Assembly (NCBI GenBank): GCA_963826535.1
Contig: CAWGXL010000011.1
Span: 320,809-384,808, forward strand
Reading direction: 5' to 3'
Length of the DNA stretch: 64,000 nt
Source: an uncultured bacterium
GTDB lineage: Bacteria; Patescibacteriota; Microgenomatia; Levybacterales; UBA12049
Shown: one piece after another, positions 57,734-64,000 of the stretch
Layout of the letters: each line of letters starts with the position of its first letter
Position numbering within the stretch: position 1 is the stretch's first letter
Translations under genes and position numbers: made by a program
Notes under the pieces: generated by a model
Seen by the model: only the letters and a program-made list of their open reading frames with translations
What the model was told of the DNA's origin: nothing
Databases searched by the model: none

Positions 57734-58138
57734 TTAAGCACCTAAGAGTTGTGGAAGAGACATGTTTTGGATATCGATTCCGAATAATCCTGCTACCAGT
57801 GAAACGATGAAGTAGGCGAGGAAAACAAGAACTAAACCGACAATTCCTCCTATAATTGTGTTTCTCGCTGCTTCAACTTTTGCCTTGTCTCCACCTGAGA
57901 CTATCCATTTTATACCTCCCCAGACTAAGAAGATGAGAGCTACAACGATAGCTATGATGAAAAGGGCTGTGAGTATGTTGCTAACCAGTTTTCCAAAATC
58001 ACTAGCTTGTAGACTGCAGACAACATTGAAATCTCCTTCAGGACAGGTGCTTATCTGTGCATAAGCCGGAAGCGCTAATGTTAGGGGAGCAAGAAGTCCG
58101 GTGACTGCTGCGATTAATTTTTTCAATTTGTTTTTCAT
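57734..58138 (-). CDS. VirB2/TrbC-like T4SS pilin candidate (paralog 2, with signal peptide)
   Basis: Signal peptide ending AYAQ, then hydrophobic helix, IVSGGDKAKVEAAR, hydrophobic helix. Confidence 0.5.
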   Translation of the reverse strand: MKNKLKKLIAAVTGLLAPLTLALPAYAQISTCPEGDFNVVCSLQASDFGKLVSNILTALFIIAIVVALIFLVWGGIKWIVSGGDKAKVEAARNTIIGGIVGLVLVFLAYFIVSLVAGLFGIDIQNMSLPQLLGA

Positions 58139-58198
58139 TACTTATTAATCATAAAACACTTTTTTACGGTTTGTCAATAGCTAAAATAGCTGAGCCTA

Positions 58199-58537
58199 TT
58201 AGAGGTTGAAATTCCAGAGATTAATATTGAAGAAATAGTTGAAGGCGCTGATGATAGCGAAGGAAATGAAGATTATGACCAGTCCGATAATTGCCCAGGT
58301 AAGACGAGCTCTGGCATGTGCGATTTTTTCTTTATCTCCACTGGAGGTGACCCATTGAATTCCGGCCCAGATGACAAATAATATTGTGACTACAATGCCT
58401 ACTGTAATAAAAAGTGTAAAGACATTGCTGATAATTGTTGATTCAGTCCCAGGTTGGGGTAGAGATGCGGGGGAATTGACGGTTTGGCCGCCAACTGTGA
58501 GAGCTAGATATTCCATATATATACAATATAATTTCAA
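58199..58537 (-). CDS. VirB2/TrbC-like T4SS pilin candidate (paralog 3)
   Basis: WAGIQWVTSSGDKEKIAHAR between two hydrophobic helices. Confidence 0.45.
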   Translation of the reverse strand: MKLYCIYMEYLALTVGGQTVNSPASLPQPGTESTIISNVFTLFITVGIVVTILFVIWAGIQWVTSSGDKEKIAHARARLTWAIIGLVIIFISFAIISAFNYFFNINLWNFNL

Positions 58538-58635
58538 ATTTCAAATGTCAAATTTTCCCACAAGAGTACTAGCTTTTTCGAAGGGTCGCACGTTTCAAAT
58601 CAAAAATTTTTTTACCAATCAAGTATAATTTTTTT

Positions 58636-59826
58636 ATGCGTAGTTTTTATTACCTTATCCTTTTTATAATTCTTGGTACTGCGTTGTATTTCCCTATTTT
58701 CTCTGTTGGATTTATAGGCGATGATGTGCCTCAATTAGTAAAATTTAAATATTTTCATAACCTTGACGCGGTTACAGATATTTTTTTCAAGGTCATTGCT
58801 ACTCCTACCGGACATCACAACAGTTTGCTCGGTTTCTTTTATCGTCCTCTTACGTTCTCAGTTTATACACTTTTATATTATTACACTCAGGCCAACCCAT
58901 TTTACTTCCATGTATTGCAATTTTCTCTTTTTATTACGGCTACATATCTTTTGTTCCTGTTTTTCAAAACATTTTATTCGACGCGGCTTTCACTTGGACT
59001 CGCAGCTGTTTTTTTAATTCATCCTGCCAATGCAGAACTGGTTGCGTATATTGCCGCGCTTGCCGATACAATGTGCCTTCTTTTTGGCATTGCCGCATTT
59101 AATATAATGGCCAGGACTAAAAGATCATCGCTTTTGGTAGTTATTCTTGTTTGCGCATTGTTACTACTTTCACTGCTGGCAAAGGAAGCCGGAATATTAT
59201 TCGTTATACTTGCCGGAATATATGCAATCAACATAAAAAAGTTAAAAAGTTATTGGTTGCCATTAATCATTACGGTGGGGGTGTATAGTGTATGCCGGAT
59301 AAATGCTGCGCAACATATTTTATTCACCACACTTAGTAATCCAATGGGCAATTTAAGCTTATTAGAGCGCATCTTACAAGCTCCACAATTCGCGTACGCA
59401 TTGATTCGAGAACTTATTATCCCGACGAGAATCGCATTAAAACCGGGTATGTTTCATGCTGATTTCACATTTAGTATATTTCCGTTAATAATGCTTTGTT
59501 TTTTCGTATTTGTAGCTGTTGTACTTTGGATACTGATAAAAAAGTATAATAAAAAAAGCGTTTCAACGTACTTATTTTTTCTATGCTGGATATTTGTGGG
59601 CATCTTGCTTTATGTCCATATTATTCCTCTAGAGGTGTTGTTTGCCGACAGGTGGTTATATGTAGCAGAAATAGGATTGCTAGGAGCGATTGCGATTATA
59701 CTGAAAACGTTTCCGCTAAATAGAAACAAATGGTTAAGATTGTGTGGTGTACTTATTGGAATTGTGGTGTTACTTTATGCAGTAGAGACGATGGTTATTA
59801 ATTTTAAGTGGGCGGAGTGGCACTGA
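58636..59826 (+). CDS. Polytopic membrane protein, possibly a GT-C-type glycosyltransferase
   Basis: About 11 TM helices, with an acidic GDD motif in the first extracytoplasmic loop. Confidence 0.3.
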   Translation: MRSFYYLILFIILGTALYFPIFSVGFIGDDVPQLVKFKYFHNLDAVTDIFFKVIATPTGHHNSLLGFFYRPLTFSVYTLLYYYTQANPFYFHVLQFSLFITATYLLFLFFKTFYSTRLSLGLAAVFLIHPANAELVAYIAALADTMCLLFGIAAFNIMARTKRSSLLVVILVCALLLLSLLAKEAGILFVILAGIYAINIKKLKSYWLPLIITVGVYSVCRINAAQHILFTTLSNPMGNLSLLERILQAPQFAYALIRELIIPTRIALKPGMFHADFTFSIFPLIMLCFFVFVAVVLWILIKKYNKKSVSTYLFFLCWIFVGILLYVHIIPLEVLFADRWLYVAEIGLLGAIAIILKTFPLNRNKWLRLCGVLIGIVVLLYAVETMVINFKWAEWH

Positions 59827-59861
59827 ACGCGCAGTTGAAGAAAGCCAGGGAAGGGGGTAAA

Positions 59862-61196
59862 ATGATTAATATGGAAGAAAAACATTTTGAGTCGCTTTAT
59901 CCGGAGACAGCATTCTATTATGAGATAGACCGCTTGATGGTTAATTTGCGCGGCGGAAAATCGTGTCAGCTTTTGGGCTTGCCGGGAGTTGGGAGGTCCG
60001 ATGTATTGGAGCTTTTGGCTTACAATAAAAATATTCGTGAAAAACATTTGAAAGATAATAATAAATTTGTGCAATTTGTATTTGTGGATTTTTCGGAGAT
60101 CCGGAAGCGTTCGCTTTTTGACGCGATGAAATTTTTATTTTTGAGCCTGGCGGATTCACTCAGGGACAGAGGATTAATGGAAGAGTATGGACAGGTGAAT
60201 GAAGCCTTGCGCGAGGCACTGAGCTTCCATGATGAGCTGGTGTTATTTCAAGAATTAAAAACAGTTGTTGATTATTTGGCACTCCAAAAAAAGCTGACTT
60301 TGGTATTTCTATTTAACCGATTTGAGGATTATATCCCGTCTGTTACCAGTGAGTTTTTCAGCAATTTGCGTATACTGCGCAACCGGGCAAAGTATAGGTT
60401 TTCTATTATATTTTCAACAAGCAGACCGCTTGAGGAGCTTTTGGACCCGATGCTTCTGGCGGATTATTATGAATTTGTGGCGGGAAATTTGGTGTATATA
60501 AGATTTTACGATGAAGTCGCGACTAATTTTTTGCTAACGTACCTTGAAAAATTGACGAAGAAGAAATTGAGCAAGGCGCAGCACACGGAAATATTGCGAT
60601 TGACCGGGGGGTATGCAAAGCTTGTCAGGTTGGCATTTGAGGCGTGTTTGGCGAATGAGCCAAAAGCGCAGGATCTAACAGATTTTCTTTTAGCACAGAA
60701 ACCTATTCAAGTGGCTTTAACGGAAATTTGGCTCGCGCTAACACCGGCGGAACAATCAGATATTTTGCAGAATATTTTTGAAGATCCGGCTGTTGACAAG
60801 TATCTTGAGGAGTCGGGATTGGTTAAAGATAAGAAGTTAAAGCTACCGCTTTTCGCAAAATTTGTCGCGACACTTAATATTCAAACTAAATCAGATATAA
60901 AAATTGAATATGATGAGAATACAAATTCTATACGCCGCGGGAAGGCTGTACTTTCGGATAGCCTTACTTCATCGGAATTCCGGCTGTTGCGATATTTGTT
61001 ACAAAATCAGGAGCGGGTAATTGAACGGGATGCGCTTATTGCTATTGTTTGGCAGGGGGTTAAGTCAACTGCGGGGATAACGGATCAGGCGGTTGATCAG
61101 TTGATTTTCCGTTTGAGGAGAAAAATTGAAGAGGATCCTAATAAGCCGGTATATCTTCAGACTGTGAAGGGGAGAGGGTTTAAGTTTGCTTCGTAA
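59862..61196 (+). CDS. Degenerate P-loop NTPase fused to C-terminal OmpR/PhoB-type winged helix (paralog of 35334-36698)
   Basis: GLPGVGRS (GxxGxGRS). C-terminal LTSSEFRLLRYLLQN...VW...AVDQLIFRLRRKIE...LQTVKGRGFKF. Start at the ATG preceded by AAGGGGGT. Confidence 0.55.
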   Translation: MINMEEKHFESLYPETAFYYEIDRLMVNLRGGKSCQLLGLPGVGRSDVLELLAYNKNIREKHLKDNNKFVQFVFVDFSEIRKRSLFDAMKFLFLSLADSLRDRGLMEEYGQVNEALREALSFHDELVLFQELKTVVDYLALQKKLTLVFLFNRFEDYIPSVTSEFFSNLRILRNRAKYRFSIIFSTSRPLEELLDPMLLADYYEFVAGNLVYIRFYDEVATNFLLTYLEKLTKKKLSKAQHTEILRLTGGYAKLVRLAFEACLANEPKAQDLTDFLLAQKPIQVALTEIWLALTPAEQSDILQNIFEDPAVDKYLEESGLVKDKKLKLPLFAKFVATLNIQTKSDIKIEYDENTNSIRRGKAVLSDSLTSSEFRLLRYLLQNQERVIERDALIAIVWQGVKSTAGITDQAVDQLIFRLRRKIEEDPNKPVYLQTVKGRGFKFAS

Positions 61197-61290
61197 ATAA
61201 GTTGAAAAAAGAAAATATAATACTTTTGTAATCTTCTTGTTACCTCAATATAAAGCTACTTTGAATTGCCAGTGATAGACTGGCGGGGAT

Positions 61291-61623
61291 ATGAACAATC
61301 AAGTTGAATTGACACCACTTAGCGCGAAAAGCTATCATGGAAATATGACAGACAGTAATACAGCTGAGAAGCTACAGGGGCAAGTTTCTGCGAAGGCAGC
61401 AGAAACGAAACCGGAGACACCTGTTGTAGATAAGACTGCTAAAGATTCACCTATTTTCCGAGTGGTGACAGATAAAACGGAGGTTGAAGAGGATAAGAAG
61501 CGTTTTGAGCAGCGTAAGTCTAATACCGTGGAAAAAAAAGAGAAAAGAAAAAGAGGAATTGGTAGTAAGTCGAATTCCACAGATGGCGCGGAGAGAGATT
61601 ATTGCGGAGCAAAAAAATCATAA
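61291..61623 (+). CDS. Small charged hypothetical ORF, possibly the 5' part of the following large gene
   Basis: Ends in a Lys/Glu-rich stretch spanning an A8 run. The long frame +1 ORF that follows begins upstream of its stop codon. Confidence 0.3.
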   Translation: MNNQVELTPLSAKSYHGNMTDSNTAEKLQGQVSAKAAETKPETPVVDKTAKDSPIFRVVTDKTEVEEDKKRFEQRKSNTVEKKEKRKRGIGSKSNSTDGAERDYCGAKKS

Positions 61624-64000
61624 AGAGGAGGGCAGCGGAGGTATTTTGGCGGCGTTTTTGGAGTTTTTGATTAATTTATTAGGGGGGGAAAATAAGGAAG
61701 ATTTGGAGACGAGAATTGAGAATTCTGAGGCTATGAAAGGGCTTTTGGCATATTGGAGTTTAAGGCCACAGAATAAATGGAATGCTACGGATTATGCGAG
61801 AGTAATTGAAATGCTTACACCGGATACATCAAACGAGGCGGCTATTATTAAAGTTAATCTTAAGAAGGAAGCAGCGTCGAAAGGAATTAGTGAGGTATTT
61901 AGTGCGCGAGCACAGCTTGAGTCTGAGTCTCTTGAGACAAAGCGGAAAGCAGGGGGCGTAAAGCGAAGTCCAGAGGGGGAAGCGAAGCATATGGCGATTC
62001 AGATGAATTATGAACTGTGGAAAGATATGGCGCGGAAGAATGAGCTGTCCAGATTAAGTGCAGAAGAATTGGCGGAATTTAATAAGCAGTTAAAAAAAAT
62101 TATATCCAGGGGCGGGGGCGCGACTGAAGATTTGGACAAAATAGCATATTTGTTTAATGGCTTGTCTATAGAGTTTGGAAAAGACAGACCGCTTATGAGA
62201 GCAAAAATGAGTTCAGAAGGAAATGGGTCTATAAGACTTGCTACTTCTGATGGCGTTACAGTAGATGATGGATTGAAAGGAAAAGGCGATAGCGATAGTA
62301 ATAGAGGCGGCGGCAAGGGTAAGCCACCAGGCAGCGGTCCAGGAGGCGGAGACGGAGATGATCCTCAGTGGCAGCAGGTAAAACTGTTGAAAGAACAGAT
62401 TGGATATCAGAAGCAAAGCGTGGACCTTCTGGCTCATGCGGTTGGCGTTTTAGAGCAGATAAGTAAAAAGATAGACGGGATAACTGTGCTTATGAGCAAG
62501 GATCCGTATGATACAGCGTTAAGGGAACAGCTTATTCTTTATAGTAAGCGACAGGCTGAGGCGACGGAGCATATGGAACAAATGATGGGAAGAGAGCGTA
62601 CGGGGGAGACAACTGAAAGTGTTTTGATGGAGAAGATGGCAGGGATTAGGTATTTGATTGAGATGCGTAATAATCCCAATAATCCCGATCTGAATCCTAA
62701 TCAGCCAGGGATTGATAAGTATGAGCAAGATTTTCGCATAGGCATGAAGTTGCTTTATCAGAAGTTGGAAAAGGAGTCTCGTGAGAGCGGTATTGATATA
62801 AGCATACTTGTGGCTCAGGAGGAAAGCAAGCATTTTGAGGAATTAAAGCGGTGGATGGCAGTTATAATAAAAAATTCACAACATAATTCTCACAATGATA
62901 ATCCCGGATTGTTTTTGCCGAAGGATAAATACAATACTTTTAAAGGTTTACTTGAAATGCCGTCGGATATTTATGATTCCGCATATGGTATGGATATTAG
63001 GAAGTATGAAGGAGCGTTGGAGGGTGCAGTAACTAAATTGGAGGAGCAAAAACTTCCCCGTTATTTTAGAGGGGTTGAATATTCTCAGGGTTTGGGGAAA
63101 GAAGTGGATGGTATACCAAATAATTTGGAGGAAACTGTGCAACTGATTATCAGGACCTGGCCTATTGAAAACTATGCACCAGGGCAAGAGTTTGAGATAT
63201 TTAATAAGAAGGGCGAGTTTCAAATGAAAAATTTTAAATACTGGATGGAGGTGCGTATGCGGGAGAAGTCTCTTGAGTATCCCCAGTCTCAGATTGATCC
63301 ATTGAACATGATTCAAGTTAATGCAGGATTGTTAAACCTTAATTTGGCACAGATACTATCAGTGCCCCAGTATACACAACATAGTGAGGTTGTGATCAGT
63401 GGAGACGCATCAAATGAACTAAATTTGGAAAAAACGGTTAAGGCGCATTTGGGAGACGGAAAAGTGCATCCGCATCTTAATTTTGACAGAAGGATTGATT
63501 TGATAGTCGAATCCTGGCTACATGGCGTGGTACATAATGCCTGGGTGGGGCTACATAGTTTTGAGGCAAAAAATACAGCCGGTGGCTGGATTCAAGCATT
63601 GGGTGGGGTTCTCAATGAAAATAATTTATTTAGAGGTGATCATTGGTGGAGATTGCTTAAGACGGCATCACTTAAAGGAAATGAAGTAGAGAATTATTAT
63701 GACAAGGGAGAGCAGGGAAGCTTGGGTTTGGGGAGGAGTAGCATGATGTTGGCATTTCAACATTTGACCGAGTTTTCGGAGTATTACACGAAGCTGAACG
63801 GTCACGGAAAAGCTATTGGAGTTCGACCAGTGGAGGGGAACGGAGAGAACGGGAATATGTTTTATTCTGTTTTGGAATATAACGGGTCAAGTGTGTTTCT
63901 GCAGGGAGTTGCCGAAGGCGCGTTGAATTATGGGAATGCCGCGGAACGGGGTCAATCAATGGAGGAGGCTTTTTCAGGAGCGACTATTAAAGAACACTAT
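61583..64000 (+). CDS. Large hypothetical protein (more than 805 aa, 3' end beyond the window), absent from the ORF track
   Basis: Manual translation of the frame with ATG at 61583 and again at 61991 gives an uninterrupted ORF to position 64000. It includes a Gly-rich GKGDSDSNRGGGKGKPPGSGPGGGDGDD stretch. No motif recognised. Confidence 0.55.
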   Translation, partial: MARREIIAEQKNHKEEGSGGILAAFLEFLINLLGGENKEDLETRIENSEAMKGLLAYWSLRPQNKWNATDYARVIEMLTPDTSNEAAIIKVNLKKEAASKGISEVFSARAQLESESLETKRKAGGVKRSPEGEAKHMAIQMNYELWKDMARKNELSRLSAEELAEFNKQLKKIISRGGGATEDLDKIAYLFNGLSIEFGKDRPLMRAKMSSEGNGSIRLATSDGVTVDDGLKGKGDSDSNRGGGKGKPPGSGPGGGDGDDPQWQQVKLLKEQIGYQKQSVDLLAHAVGVLEQISKKIDGITVLMSKDPYDTALREQLILYSKRQAEATEHMEQMMGRERTGETTESVLMEKMAGIRYLIEMRNNPNNPDLNPNQPGIDKYEQDFRIGMKLLYQKLEKESRESGIDISILVAQEESKHFEELKRWMAVIIKNSQHNSHNDNPGLFLPKDKYNTFKGLLEMPSDIYDSAYGMDIRKYEGALEGAVTKLEEQKLPRYFRGVEYSQGLGKEVDGIPNNLEETVQLIIRTWPIENYAPGQEFEIFNKKGEFQMKNFKYWMEVRMREKSLEYPQSQIDPLNMIQVNAGLLNLNLAQILSVPQYTQHSEVVISGDASNELNLEKTVKAHLGDGKVHPHLNFDRRIDLIVESWLHGVVHNAWVGLHSFEAKNTAGGWIQALGGVLNENNLFRGDHWWRLLKTASLKGNEVENYYDKGEQGSLGLGRSSMMLAFQHLTEFSEYYTKLNGHGKAIGVRPVEGNGENGNMFYSVLEYNGSSVFLQGVAEGALNYGNAAERGQSMEEAFSGATIKEHY

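Noticed and set aside
62008-63316. Five minus-strand ORFs (62-122 aa) in the ORF track
   Set aside because: They are antisense shadows of a long uninterrupted plus-strand ORF (61583 to the window end). Their low-complexity composition mirrors its Gly-rich stretch.

Overview
This 64 kb window has low GC (about 38%) and is gene-dense. It looks like a small-genome Candidate Phyla Radiation (CPR, Patescibacteria)-type bacterium: short-form YidC, a 'four helix bundle' gene, and type IV pili alongside a VirB4-type system. That attribution is inference from sequence. Content in order along the window follows.

(1) 1-5934: a branched-chain-amino-acid (Liv)-type ABC uptake locus. It has four paralogous membrane-anchored substrate-binding proteins interleaved with the two ATPases (LivG-like, LivF-like). 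No permease gene lies in the window.

(2) 5926-20523: rpoD and dnaG, both on the minus strand. A roughly 11.7 kb type IV pilus (T4P) locus sits between them, running dnaG-side to rpoD-side. It holds two near-identical major-pilin paralogs, a sensor kinase and a CheY-like regulator (translationally coupled to PilB), PilB, PilC, and five prepilin-like genes. Four of the five fuse a class-III-signal pilin N-terminus to a C-terminal LamG/concanavalin-A-like lectin domain. The cassette is mosaic: two genes share a 467-bp identical 5' module but carry different lectin domains, and two others share the lectin domain but differ at the N-terminus. Thr-Pro minisatellite linkers separate the modules.

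(3) 20948-26698: a small fragment of unknown function, a vapBC toxin-antitoxin pair, comM/yifB, a P-type cation ATPase and a small zinc-ribbon protein.

(4) 26737-33660: ruvB, ruvA and ruvC with an alaX-like editing gene, all on the minus strand. A four-helix-bundle gene flanked by inverted repeats is inserted between ruvA and ruvB. rplY and valS follow.

(5) 34310-37699: an AbiEii-like nucleotidyltransferase overlapping a small partner gene. Next is a degenerate P-loop ATPase fused to an OmpR/PhoB-type winged helix, overlapping the end of a 337-aa cysteine-rich two-repeat protein.

(6) 37674-45471: pgk, a hexokinase-family kinase, a TerC-family membrane protein, a large membrane-anchored protein and an O-antigen-ligase-like protein.

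(7) 45401-50396: the origin region. jag/khpB, yidC, yidD, rnpA and rpmH are on the minus strand; dnaA and dnaN are on the plus strand, with DnaA-box-like motifs between them.

(8) 50409-58537: a type IV secretion (T4SS)-like cluster. It holds a VirB4-family ATPase, a candidate bifunctional peptidoglycan hydrolase, a TraX-family protein, three tandem VirB2/TrbC-like small two-helix 'pilin' paralogs, and membrane proteins.

(9) 58636-64000: a polytopic membrane protein, a second P-loop-ATPase/winged-helix regulator, and a small ORF separated by an A8 homopolymer from a more than 800-aa ORF that runs off the window end and is absent from the supplied ORF track.

I recognised no tRNA, rRNA, CRISPR array, transposase or integrase.
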